43,779 nt of DNA from Mayamaea pseudoterrestris. Its lineage: Eukaryota. Shown piece after piece: positions 33,033 to 43,712 of this stretch (the stretch's first letter is position 1; each line of letters begins with the position of its first letter). Both the position numbers and the translations under genes were made by a program. Below the pieces are notes generated by a model, which worked only from the letters and a program-made list of their open reading frames with translations, was not told the origin of the DNA and ran no database searches. The stretch is from positions 1,550,001 to 1,593,779 of the forward strand of contig BROI01000003.1 of NCBI GenBank assembly GCA_027923505.1, given 5' to 3'.

Positions 33033-33774
33033 CATGACATCCAGACACACCTACAGCAGGCCCTGTAGGTGCCCAAAATACGCCAGAATGGTGCCCACAT
33101 CTTTGTTGAGGCTGCGCTACAAGATGGTAAGCTTGGCTGGTGTCTCAGTGGATGGCAATGTATTTGGTGACAACTTGTCACCAGTCTCCGCCCGCAGATG
33201 CCATGACATTCAGACACACCTACAGCAGGCCCTGTAGGTGCTTAAATTACACCAGAATGGTGCCAAAATCATTTTTGAGGCTGCGCTACAAGATGGTAAG
33301 CTTTGCTGGTGTCTCAGGGTATGGCATTGTTTTGGTGACAACTTGTCACCAGTCTCAGTCCGCAGATGCCATGATATTCAAACACACCTACAGCAGGCCC
33401 TGTAGGTGCCCAAATTATACCAGAATGGTGCCAACATCCTTATTCAGTCTGCGCTACAAATTGGTAAGCTTGGCTGGTGTCTCAGGGGATGGCAATGTAT
33501 TTGGTGACAACTTGTCACCAGTCTTAGCCCGCAGATGCCATGACATTCAAACACACCTACAGCAGGCCCTGTAGGTGCCCAAATTACACCAGAATGGTGC
33601 CCACATCATTATTCAGGCTGCGCTACAAGTGGGTAAGCTTGGCTGGTGTCTCAGGGGATGGCAATGTATTTGGTGACAACTTGTCACCAGTCTCAGCCCG
33701 CAGATGCCGTGACATTCAAACACACCTACAGCAGGCCCTGTAGGTGCCCAAATTACACCAGAATGGTGCCAACA
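33033..33774. repeat. 169-bp satellite, array 2 (about 4.4 units, continuation of array 1)
   Basis: Same monomer and orientation; resumes exactly at the interrupted position. Confidence 0.96.
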
Positions 33775-33787
33775 TGTGATTGCCAGA

Positions 33788-34380
33788 TGCAGAGTCTTAA
33801 ATGGTGCAAAAAGGACTGCCTGGAGGCTGACACCATGGGTATGGCCTCCACTGTGGGTATGGCCAACATCACAAGTGGTAGATTCTTACCTGTCAAACAC
33901 CCCATGCTCTGGCCACCCAAATACTTAATGAGTCTGGCAAAACATGTCCAGGGTATGCCATTGACAGGTGCAGAGTCTTAAATGGTGCAAAAAGGACTGC
34001 CTGGAGGCTGACACCATGGGTACGGCCTCCACTGTGGGTATGGCCAACACCACAAGTGGTAGATTCTTACCTGTCAAACGCCCCATGCCCTGGCCACCCA
34101 AATACCCAATGAGCCAGGCAAAACCTGTCCAGGGTATGCCATTGACAGGTGCAGAGTCTCAAATGGTGCAAAAAGGACTGCCTGGAGGCTGACACCATGG
34201 GTACGGCCTCCACTGTGGGTATGGCCAACAACATAAGTGGTAGATTCTTACCTGTCAAACCCCCCATGCCCTGGCCACCCAAATTCCCAATGAGTCAGGC
34301 AAAACCTATCCTGGGTATGACATTGACAGGTGCAGAGTCTCAAATGGTGCAAAAAGGACTGCCTGGAGGCTGACACCATG
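33788..34380. repeat. 181-bp satellite (about 3.3 units)
   Basis: GCAGAGTCTYAAATGGTGCAAAAAGGACTGCCTGGAGG recurs with 181-bp period (track ORFs at 33968, 34149, 34330). Confidence 0.95.
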
Positions 34381-35798
34381 TCTCATGGGATGGCAATATA
34401 TTTGGTGATAACTTGTCACCAGTCTCAGCCCGCAGATGCCGTGACATTCAAACGCCCCTACAGCAAGCCCTGTAGGTGCTCAAAATACACCAGAATGGTG
34501 CCAACATCATTATTCAGGCTGCGCTACAAGATGGTAAGCTTGGCTGGTGTCTCAGGGGATGGCAATGTATTTGGTGACAACTTGTCACCAGTCTCAGCCA
34601 GCAGATGCCATGAATTCAAACACACCTACAGCAGGCCCTGTAGGTGCCCAAATTACACCAGAATAGTGCCAATATCCTTATGCAGGCTGCGCTACAAGAT
34701 GGTCAGCTTGGCAGGTGTCTCAGGGGATGGCAATGTATTTGGTGACAACTTGTCACCAGTCTCAGCCCAAAGATGCCATGACATTCAAACACACCGACAG
34801 CAGGCCCTGTAGGTGCCCAAAATACACCAGAATGGTGCCAACCTCTTTGTTGAGGCTGCGCTACAAGATGGTATGCCTGGCGGGTGTCTCAGGGGATGGC
34901 AATGTATTTGATGACAACTTGTCACCAGTCTCAGCCCGCAGATGCCGTGACATTCAACCCCCCCCCCTACAGCAGGCCCTGTAGGTGCCCAAAATACACC
35001 AGAATGGTGCAAACATCCTTATTCAGGCTGCGCTAAAAGATGGTATGCCTGGCTGGTGTCTCAGGGGATGGCAATGTATTTTTTGACAACTTGTCACCAG
35101 TCTCAGCCCGCAGATGCCATGGCATTCAAACACACCGACAGCAGGCCTTGTAGGTGCCCAAAATACGCCAGAATGGTGCCAACATCCTTATTCGGGCCGC
35201 GCTACAAGATGTTATGCCTGGCTGGTGTCTCAGGGGATGGCAATGTATTTGGTGACAACTTGTCACCAGTCTCAGCCCGCAGATGCCACAACAATTAAAC
35301 GTCCCTACAGCAAGCCCTGTAGGTGCCCAAATTACACCAGAATGGTGCCAACATCTCTTTTGAGGCTGCGCTACAAGATGGTATGCCTGGCGGGTGTCTC
35401 AGGGGATGGCAATGTATTTGATGACAACTTGTCACCAGTCTCAGCCCGCAGATGCCATGACATTCAAACACACCTACAGCAGGCCCTGTAGGTGCCCAAA
35501 TTACATCAGAATAGTGCCAACATCCTTATTCAGGCTGCGCTACAAGATTGTATGCCTGGCTGGTGTCTCAGGGGTTGGCGTTGTATTTGGTGACAACTTG
35601 TCACCAGTCCCGGCCCGCAGATGCCATGACATCCAGACACACCTACAGCAGGCCCTGTAGGTGCCCAAAATACGCCAGAATGGTGCCCACATCTTTGTTG
35701 AGGCTGCGCTACAAGATGGTATGCCTGGCTAGTGTCTCAGGGGATGGAAATGTGACTGGTGCAAAGTTCCCACCAGTCTCAGCCTGCAGATGCCGTCA
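34381..35798. repeat. 169-bp satellite, array 3 (about 8.5 units)
   Basis: Same monomer and orientation; last unit is diverged. Confidence 0.96.
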
Positions 35799-35820
35799 GA
35801 AGGCCATGTACATACCCAAA

Positions 35821-36099
35821 TGGTGTAGGCCTTTAAGCAGTCATTTTTGCACCATTTGAGACCATCCTCATGTCAATGGCACACCCTGGACATGTTTTGC
35901 CTCACTCATTGGGTTGTTGGGTGGCCAGGGCATGGGGCGGGCATACACATGGCTCAAGGTATGGGCATTTAAAAATGACGGCATCTGCTGGCTGAGACTA
36001 CCGTAGTGAGATGTTCTCGCCAATCATGTTGCAGTCTGCTGAGAGTGCAGCAGGCAATCTATCTTGTAGTGCTGCCAGATTGATGGTGTTGGCACCATT
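35821..36099 (-). repeat. Right long inverted-repeat arm of the repeat island
   Basis: Reverse complement aligns with 27128-27389. Confidence 0.85.
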
Positions 36100-36338
36100 T
36101 ACAGGCGAGGGGCAGGGCAGTGCCACAAACCGTCAGTTCAGCTTGTGTTTATGTACCGGTTAGTGGCAATCGTTGTCCTCAACGTCGTAGCGGCTCTAAG
36201 ACGGTGAATAACCACTAGGACACTTTACGCGCCGCGACAGCCTTTGTTTTGGCAGCAAAACAACTCCAGACTCCAGCCTTCCATGTACTTCCAGTAACTT
36301 TCTTACACTTATATAACAACACCACAACGTGCGCGACG

Positions 36339-36914
36339 ATGCGATCTTTTCTATCTGGCCGTCGAGGAAATGCAGCGGCTACCAATCTTACAGCTATCGT
36401 TACCGCCGACACTAATGGCAAGGAAGTTTCTAGCGCCAGCCGCTCGAACCGTCGTGCCCCAACTCGCGCCGAGGAAGCAGCGGCTGCCTTTTACCCCAAA
36501 CTTATCACGACGCAAATTATTGCGATTCAATGTTTACACTATGCATTGCTGGCCCTGCTGTTTCAGATCAATGCAATCTTGTACGACACGAATGTGACGA
36601 TTGACCGCATATTTACAGATTCCTTCCTGCGCCTTTGGCATACGAGCGGATGGCCTGATGTCTGCGCCGTCATTTTAGCATCCTTGGCTAGTTCAGTTCT
36701 TCTTGCCATAATTGTGGAAAAGTCTAAAAAAGTCCTTGATTTTGGAGTCACTCTCTTTCTCATTCACCTATTGGCATGCGCTCTCTATGACGGAGTGCCG
36801 ACGGTCTTGGATTGGTGGATTGTTCATGTGTTTGGAATGATTCTTATGGTTTCATTGGGCGAGTACTTATGCAGCCGAAAAGAACTGGATGACATCCCGT
36901 TGCTCTCTATATGA
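36339..36914 (+). CDS. SYS1: SYS1 Golgi trafficking membrane protein
   Basis: FYPKLITTQIIAIQCLHY, IVEKSKKVLDF..T...IHL, WW, LGEYLC.RKEL..IP. Confidence 0.88.
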   Translation: MRSFLSGRRGNAAATNLTAIVTADTNGKEVSSASRSNRRAPTRAEEAAAAFYPKLITTQIIAIQCLHYALLALLFQINAILYDTNVTIDRIFTDSFLRLWHTSGWPDVCAVILASLASSVLLAIIVEKSKKVLDFGVTLFLIHLLACALYDGVPTVLDWWIVHVFGMILMVSLGEYLCSRKELDDIPLLSI

Positions 36915-37225
36915 TGGCCCGTTTTCTTGGTCGTATCTACGTGAGGAATGGTACGGGTTTTGCACGGCCGTCTGCCTCTCTTGATGCCGTGCCGCACATG
37001 GGCACATGGGCGTACCGGTACGTATGCTCATTGCCACCTTCGCATATTGACGACTATTCGACATATATGCAGAACATGTTTGAGAGCGCTGGTGTTTGGT
37101 TGGAAAGAGCAACTTTCGACAACGTAAGGGTCAATTGAGGTCTTCTATACAGCTTCCGAACTATTGTTTCATTTTCCGTAAAGAGCATCAGTATTGATTA
37201 CAAAACTTAACGTAACTGGTAGCAT

Positions 37226-38617
37226 CTAGTTAATATTTCCCTTGTCCATATCCAAAACGTCCAAAGGAGTTTTGGCCATTGCCACATCGCTGCAGCGATG
37301 CAGAAGGCGACTCGCCATGACTGCTGGACTATGCCTCAATATTTCGTAAGCCGTCGTAGTGTCGGCATTCTCGCGCTGGGCTGCCAACATGAATGGATAC
37401 ATTCCATTGTAAGTAGTGTCATTACCTCTTATGGGCGATCCCAGCGAGTCAGGAAACGCTTCCACAAGCGCCTGCACTCCCTGGCTCCACTTTTTGCCAG
37501 TCTGGAGAGCCACATGCAGTGGCAATCGCCCGTTCTCATCCGTAATGCAAGCGGCGCTCGTTGCTTCGCCTTGGCATGCCTGAAGGAGGAGTTCAATAAC
37601 CGACGGCTGCTGCGCATCACTGGTAACATCTTCATTGTCGTCGCCAGAGGCATTGTCACCATGAATGACATCCTCCAGCGAGTAACCATCGTCGGACAAG
37701 TCTTGCACCTTGTAAATTGGAGCTTGTGTCGCGCACATGAGCGGAGTGCGTCCCTTCTCGTCCCGCTGCAGCAGCTGCTCCGGGTAAACGGTTGCAGCAA
37801 TCTTGACAATTGGTCTTGGGCAATCCACCGATGCAGCCGCATGCAAGGAAAACGAATTGCCGTTGGAGCTTGCACTCGCGTTACTATTTCGGCGCTCCAA
37901 CGATCCAAAGTGAGCCGCATGCAGCAAAAGATCAGTCTTCTTCCAGGCATCTCCAAGTTCGCCCACCAAATCGGCAGGTCCTCGAACCCCTTCAATCACA
38001 TCATTACCCAGAATGACAAAGTATCTCACCCAAAGTCTCAGCAGCGGCGTCAAGCCTTCATAGTCGCGCTGATGTACTGCCCCGGGATACGCCTGCACCA
38101 ATACTTCAAGTACATCCAACGATGCTCCGCATCGACAAGCTGTATGTAAGGGCGTGTCACCATCCAAATCCTGCAGCACGCACTGACCAGTGGATCCAAG
38201 CTCCAACAAGACGCGAATCACATGAACCGATGCATCCGAAGATGAGCATGTAATATGAAGCGGCGTCATATTGGAGCTTCCAGTCTTGATGGAAGCATCT
38301 GGATGAGCCTTGAGCAGTGATTGAATGACTACTGCGGGAGCGTCGTGTTCGCACGCCATGTGCAATGGTGTTCGACCCTGCGTTCCACCCACTAAGGAGG
38401 CTTCCAGCGGATGACTCGTGACGCGTGCCAACACTCCAGGCCAGTCGTAGGCCTGGACGAGTGAATACAATAGTGAATCAACGCCGCTGGGCTCGCTGCT
38501 CCGGCGGTGAATTGTTTCATCGTCGGTTTCGGAATCAGTGGTAGTTCCACTGCTATTGTGGTTTCTAGTCTTTTCGACCCCGTCCATGGGGGATGTTGAT
38601 CGATGTTGCATCATCAT
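37226..38617 (-). CDS. Ankyrin-repeat protein
   Basis: GRTPLHMAC, MTPLHITC, GDTPLHTAC, GLTPL, GRTPLM, GRLPLHVAL. Confidence 0.92.
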   Translation of the reverse strand: MMMQHRSTSPMDGVEKTRNHNSSGTTTDSETDDETIHRRSSEPSGVDSLLYSLVQAYDWPGVLARVTSHPLEASLVGGTQGRTPLHMACEHDAPAVVIQSLLKAHPDASIKTGSSNMTPLHITCSSSDASVHVIRVLLELGSTGQCVLQDLDGDTPLHTACRCGASLDVLEVLVQAYPGAVHQRDYEGLTPLLRLWVRYFVILGNDVIEGVRGPADLVGELGDAWKKTDLLLHAAHFGSLERRNSNASASSNGNSFSLHAAASVDCPRPIVKIAATVYPEQLLQRDEKGRTPLMCATQAPIYKVQDLSDDGYSLEDVIHGDNASGDDNEDVTSDAQQPSVIELLLQACQGEATSAACITDENGRLPLHVALQTGKKWSQGVQALVEAFPDSLGSPIRGNDTTYNGMYPFMLAAQRENADTTTAYEILRHSPAVMASRLLHRCSDVAMAKTPLDVLDMDKGNIN

Positions 38618-38929
38618 GGTAACGACACTGGATATTGAAGTTTGAAAGGTTTCACGGAATCATTCAGAGGCAGACAGGCAGGCAACAAGGCGGACGAGCT
38701 GGCGCAAACAAACGCGTGTGTGTGTGACAATCATCATCGCGACTCCACGAGCAACGAGACATGCAGACGCAAACAGCCTCGAGCCACGACGGTTATGCTT
38801 ACGTCGACTTGTCCGGAGTTGAACCTATCTGCTCTTGGGCGTCTCATTCGTTAACGTATGATTGTAGAGGCTATACTTGAAAAGCTGTTTCGAACGCAAA
38901 AATATGTCCGAGCCTTCTCATGTCATGAC

Positions 38930-39179
38930 TGAATTATCTGTATGACAGAATACTCTAGGTGAAAATTGTGACTACTATGATTGAATTAAGTTCCCTCCGT
39001 TTGTTGCTGGCGAGGCTCGGAGGCACTTCGCCAGTCTCGCTGGTTGCTCGCCGTCAGCGAACTTGGCCCGCCCTGCTCACAGGAGCGGGTCCGGCGCTGC
39101 CGTTGGGCTGGCTTACGTGCGGGATACCACACCCTCACCAACTTGAGAGCGAACCATGGAGATAGAGATGAAACTGACA
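38930..39179 (-). repeat. 3' LTR (about 250 bp, TG..CA)
   Basis: Outer end fixed by identity to 43713-43779. Inner end inferred from TGTCAG directly after the purine-rich tract AAGTGGAAGG. Confidence 0.7.
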
Positions 39180-39215
39180 GCGGCCTTCCACTTGCTGAAC
39201 AAGTGGGTGCCATAT

Positions 39216-41918
39216 TTAGGTGAAGACGGTCACCAGGGGAAGCTGTTGCAAACCCTCGCAGTCCCTGTAGGGTTTGATGCGCCGAATATTGATACGGTCG
39301 GTCACCATGGGCGAAAGCCGTAGTGTGACTGTCCCGTTGGTGTGCACTTGGTCAATAGTATATGGACCGTTCCACTTGGGCTCAAGCTTGTCGGGTTGGT
39401 AAACCTTGACAAGCACTTGATCGGCGACCTTATAGTCATGCGTCAGGCGTGCTTGGTTGGCCTTGAGCAACCGGCTGTTAACTAGCACCTCACGCTTAGC
39501 CGTAATCGCCATGATGTCGGCAATCAAGGGAATATCCATGAACATGTCGCGCTGAAATACCAGTGCTCCTGGAGACCAATCGTCCAACGCCGCACTAGCT
39601 GTTACTCGTGTAGCGTGCATCGCCGTAGCAAAGCATTGATCCACAATATCGTCAACATCTTGTAGACCTTGCGGCGGATGCGCACGAACCATGGTCCGTA
39701 GCACATTGCCAATCGTCAGATGGACTCTTTCACAGATTGCATTGGCGGTTGGATTCTTGACTGCTGCAGGATGGAAGCGAATTCCTTGTCGTTGCAAGAT
39801 GGTTCCAAAGGCACCCTTAAATTCGGATCCTTGATCAGCAACAACCCGCATGGGACGAGGATAGCGTGCGAGCCAGCAGTTTTCAAACAGACGTCCAATG
39901 TAATCAGCTGATTTGTTCTGATAACGGACGATTTCAAGTAGGTTAGTAACCGGGTCAATCATTGTTAACGCTTTGAAAGTACAATCAATTCCATTCACTG
40001 ATACTTTCCAAGGGCCAATGAGATCCATATGCACTTCATACCACGGCGCAATACGAACGTCTCGAACTGGGAGTTCGCCGTACTGTCGCCCGCCGGCTTT
40101 GCTGCGTTGGCATGCATCACAGCTCCCCACTAGCAATTCGACTCGTTGCTTTAGCAAGGGATGGTAGAAGTGTTGCTTGATCGTCGTCGTAAGACGCGTC
40201 ATACCCACATGTGCCATTGACTGGTGGTACCAGAGGATCAAACGATCCAGAATGGCGCTAGGGATACAGATCCTCCAACGGTCTGCTTCTTGGTATACCA
40301 CAACTTGATCGTCACCGAGCTGTTCGTACCGAACATGAGCCATTTCCTGATTCTGGATGGCGGCCATGAGTCCAATATCTTGTTGTTGGTACTCGGCAAT
40401 AGTCGTAAACGATAAGGGATATCGTCCTTGATCGTCAAACTCCGGATGGAGGAGGAAGCACTCGGCTAACTCTGGGTCCGTCTCCAATAGACTGGTACCT
40501 TGTAAATCATTGGTTGGACCGACGGCCATTTCCTGATGATCTTGAGCTTCAATGTCGCTTAACAGCTTGCTTTGGTAAGCAGCTGGGCCCTCCCCCGACA
40601 AAGAAGTTTCCCTCAATGTGGGAACGCGGGACAGCGCATCCGCAACAGTGTTGAGTTCGCCCTTGAGGTAGCAAAACACTGGACCATATTCTTCAAGATA
40701 CAAGCGCCAGCGAAGGACGCGTTGTGTCTGGAAGGCGGTAAGCTCATGGGTGAGATTTTTATGGTCAGTATGAATTTCAATACGCGCACCGAGAAGCATT
40801 GAGCGAAACGTTTTGAGCGTCTCGACTATACTTAGCACTTCTTTTTCAATGGTGGTGTAGTTTTTCTGAGCATCATTGAGCTTGCGAGAAAAATACGCAA
40901 CCGGAATGCCGTTTTGCAGGATCACGGCTCCCAACTGATAGTCTGACGCATCAGTTTTAATGACAAATGGCAGATTATGGTCAGGATAGCGCAGGAGAAC
41001 GTCACTAGCAGCGACTGCTTTCATTTCCTCAAAGGCTTGTTGTTGCTCAGGCCCCCAGAAGAACTTCTTCTTGCCAACAAGTTTTGTCAAAGGCGCAAGC
41101 ATATGCGAGCGACGAGGCCACATAGTCCGATAGTAAGTTACAAGACCCAGGAAAGAACGCAGCTGCTTGATGGTTGTAGGCGCTTGCATGTCCACGATGG
41201 CTTGAACCTTCTTCGGCCATGGTTTTAACCCAGTAGGCGTTAACCAGTACCCCAACCAATCGGTTTCCTTGACTGCCCATTCGCATTTTAAAGGGTTGAT
41301 GGTAAAACCATTATCTTCAAGACGTTTCAAAACGTTGTGTAAGAGTCGCAGATGTGATTTCCAATCGTCGCTGAAGCAACCGACATCGTCGAGATACTTT
41401 TCTACATCCGCCAAACCTTCCAACACTTTTTCCATAACTTCTTGAGCAATGTCAGGTGCTTGATTGACTCCCATCGGGAGGCGCAGGTATCGATAAAGAC
41501 CAAAGGGAGTAGCGATGGTGCAAAGCTCACTGCTGTCGCGATCCAGTTGAAACGTGTAGTAGTGCATGGAAATATCGAGCTTGGTAAAGAACTCGTATCC
41601 TTTGCGCCGCGCTAACAACTCATGAATCCGAGGCATTGGAAACGTCTTGCGCTTAATGACTTTGTTCAACGCGCGAAAATTGGAAACAAATCGTACAGTT
41701 CGATCCTTTTTGGGGATGATGAACGTTGGTGCTGCCCATTCGCTTCGTCCACACTGCTCCAAGACACCAATTGAGACCAGTCGGTCAAGCTCTTCTTTGA
41801 AAGTGGCTTCATGCACTCGCGGAACAGGATAGTGTCGTTTATGGACTGGCTTGGCGTTGCGTTCAACGTCAATGTGGACCAATTCGTGCGGATATTTTCC
41901 CAGTTTGCCTGAAAACAA
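39216..41918 (-). CDS. pol: Gypsy Pol: reverse transcriptase, RNase H, integrase (uninterrupted)
   Basis: RLPMG, YLDD; TDASDYQLG; integrase H..H/C..C, D-D-E (HMDLIG, VADQG, ICERVH), GPY motif; no chromodomain. Confidence 0.95.
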   Translation of the reverse strand: MFSGKLGKYPHELVHIDVERNAKPVHKRHYPVPRVHEATFKEELDRLVSIGVLEQCGRSEWAAPTFIIPKKDRTVRFVSNFRALNKVIKRKTFPMPRIHELLARRKGYEFFTKLDISMHYYTFQLDRDSSELCTIATPFGLYRYLRLPMGVNQAPDIAQEVMEKVLEGLADVEKYLDDVGCFSDDWKSHLRLLHNVLKRLEDNGFTINPLKCEWAVKETDWLGYWLTPTGLKPWPKKVQAIVDMQAPTTIKQLRSFLGLVTYYRTMWPRRSHMLAPLTKLVGKKKFFWGPEQQQAFEEMKAVAASDVLLRYPDHNLPFVIKTDASDYQLGAVILQNGIPVAYFSRKLNDAQKNYTTIEKEVLSIVETLKTFRSMLLGARIEIHTDHKNLTHELTAFQTQRVLRWRLYLEEYGPVFCYLKGELNTVADALSRVPTLRETSLSGEGPAAYQSKLLSDIEAQDHQEMAVGPTNDLQGTSLLETDPELAECFLLHPEFDDQGRYPLSFTTIAEYQQQDIGLMAAIQNQEMAHVRYEQLGDDQVVVYQEADRWRICIPSAILDRLILWYHQSMAHVGMTRLTTTIKQHFYHPLLKQRVELLVGSCDACQRSKAGGRQYGELPVRDVRIAPWYEVHMDLIGPWKVSVNGIDCTFKALTMIDPVTNLLEIVRYQNKSADYIGRLFENCWLARYPRPMRVVADQGSEFKGAFGTILQRQGIRFHPAAVKNPTANAICERVHLTIGNVLRTMVRAHPPQGLQDVDDIVDQCFATAMHATRVTASAALDDWSPGALVFQRDMFMDIPLIADIMAITAKREVLVNSRLLKANQARLTHDYKVADQVLVKVYQPDKLEPKWNGPYTIDQVHTNGTVTLRLSPMVTDRINIRRIKPYRDCEGLQQLPLVTVFT

Positions 41919-43600
41919 AGCAGGGAATTGTCGTAAGAGTTTCTTTAATCGTCACGCTGAGCATCAGTTAATGCTTTGCCGCTGCTGCCGCATCATCCGT
42001 GGACACTTCAGTATATTTAGCTGATTTTTTCCTCGGTAGTTGCATGTCTGGCTCCGTTTGGAGAGTGAGCAGGAAGCGTGATAATAAAGCATCGCGCATT
42101 TGAGATGAGCGTTTGCCAAGCTCTTAAGCGCGACGCTACGCAACGCCGTTTGTCGTCCCACAGAATGGAACGACGCTTCCAGTCGAGAATTAATCAAGCG
42201 CCAAGAATATCACGTCCAAGAATCAAATCATATTTAATGTCTTGATCAAAGACTGAACCGGAAACGAACCCGATCCGTTTGGTAGTGGAGAATTCGGGAG
42301 ATAAGACTCGTCCAAATCAATGGCTGTAGAGCTCTCCAGTTTGCCAACTGTCGGTTTGCGAGCTTAAGCGTGGCGCAGCGCAGTTGACATGCCAATAGAA
42401 GCTTTCTTGCTTATCCCGGCGGTGGTGCGCCTGAGTCCAGTAGTGCGGTGAGGTGTCGTTTGCAGACGACTACCATTGGCTTGCCGCGGCGGTGAACAAC
42501 CAGGCGAGTAGTCGTCTTCTGTTCGCTAGAAGTATTTCGCTACCGTCTGCAAATCCGCGGCCGTCTCTCTTTCCCGTCGTCGGCCGCCGTTCTCATTCTT
42601 GCTCCGTACTGTCCCCGAAATGCTTCCGGATCCGGCGGTCGTCGGTTCTTCTTGCCTTGAGGCCCTGGCCTTGGGCGGAGACTTCTTGTTAGCCTTCTTG
42701 TTCGCCGTTTTGGCTTTGGCGTTTGGTTTTAACTGCGTTTGTCGACAATGACGCGAGTATCCTCTTGCGGTGTCGCGTTTCAATGTTTCGTTACTTTTCT
42801 TGTCCGTTTGATTTTCTTCTTGTCAGGCATTGAGGCGGCCCCTTGTAGTTGCTACTCTTGGGTTGCCGAGCACGTCCCAAGTGTGGCCGCCGTGGTACTG
42901 GGCAAATGTTGCCTTTCTTGGTACCGACTGCTTGCGTTCCATTTTTGTGGTTGCCTCCACCGCCGCGCTTGCGTCCTTTTCCTGAACGTGGCTGGCCTGG
43001 CCGCCTCCTTCCCCTCTTCTCCACTGCCTTGCGACCATGTTCCTTTAACGCCGCCATGCTGTCCGCCCAGCGGCGAGCTGATGGGCGTCAGTCGAGCGGT
43101 GGCGACTGCTTGCGAAACTCTCTGCACCGTGGCACCATCTCCAAGACCCGCGACTTGAGGTCGTCGTCTTCGTGGGCGAGATCAGTCGGCGGTAGAGTCA
43201 GCGTGGGACTGTGGCTATCGCCCATCCACTTGAACATGCTGCAGGCAATCAATCGCCGCAGACCGTCATGCCTTGAGGGGGACTGGCGAGATTTCCTTCT
43301 GCTTGCGGAGATCTTCGTCAGGATCCATGAAGTTGGAAAGGAAGGCCTTGGCTGATCTCGTTTCCAACCCTCCAATGTCCTGGGTCTGACTGATTGATCC
43401 CAAGGTCGCGAATAGTTCCGAGAGAGACAAAGACGAGCCGGTCTCCTTGCGAGTTTGGGGGTGATGGTCCTCAGGTCCGTCGAGCGCCATTTAGTGAGTG
43501 CTTCCAGTTACCTGCGTCGATTTGGCTCGAATGGGATCTTCATCATTCGCAATCTGGATCTTGCGCTTGACCTTGGTTTCCATCTTGTTTGTGGAATGTC
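41919..43600 (-). pseudogene. Frameshifted gag and aspartic protease region of the gypsy element
   Basis: Fragments in shifting frames: ALLDSGA (~42430-42447), YDLILGR (~42212-42232), CPV./HGGHTWDV..NP knuckle-like motif (~42860-42905). Confidence 0.75.
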
Positions 43601-43712
43601 AAGTCTTGCTTGGAGAGGGTCTCCCATTTGATGCGGGCGCCAGAGGAATGGAGACTTCGTGTCGGTGGCGAGCATGGTTGATACTGCGTAGGCGTGTGTT
43701 TTGATATCAAAG

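Noticed and set aside
31612..33034. Solo LTR (TG..CA) reading of the satellite insertion
   Set aside because: These ends would require loss of 5 bp of target rather than a duplication.
29691..35798. Hammerhead-ribozyme (retrozyme) tandem repeats or CRISPR
   Set aside because: No CTGANGA..GAAA core found by eye on either strand of the monomers, and no spacers. Other ribozyme classes were not excluded; an Infernal/Rfam scan is needed.
29853..35859. Repetitive short ORFs (MSQGMAMYLVTTCHQ.., MQSLKWCKK..)
   Set aside because: By-products of 169/181-bp monomers, which are not multiples of 3 and contain stops and indels.
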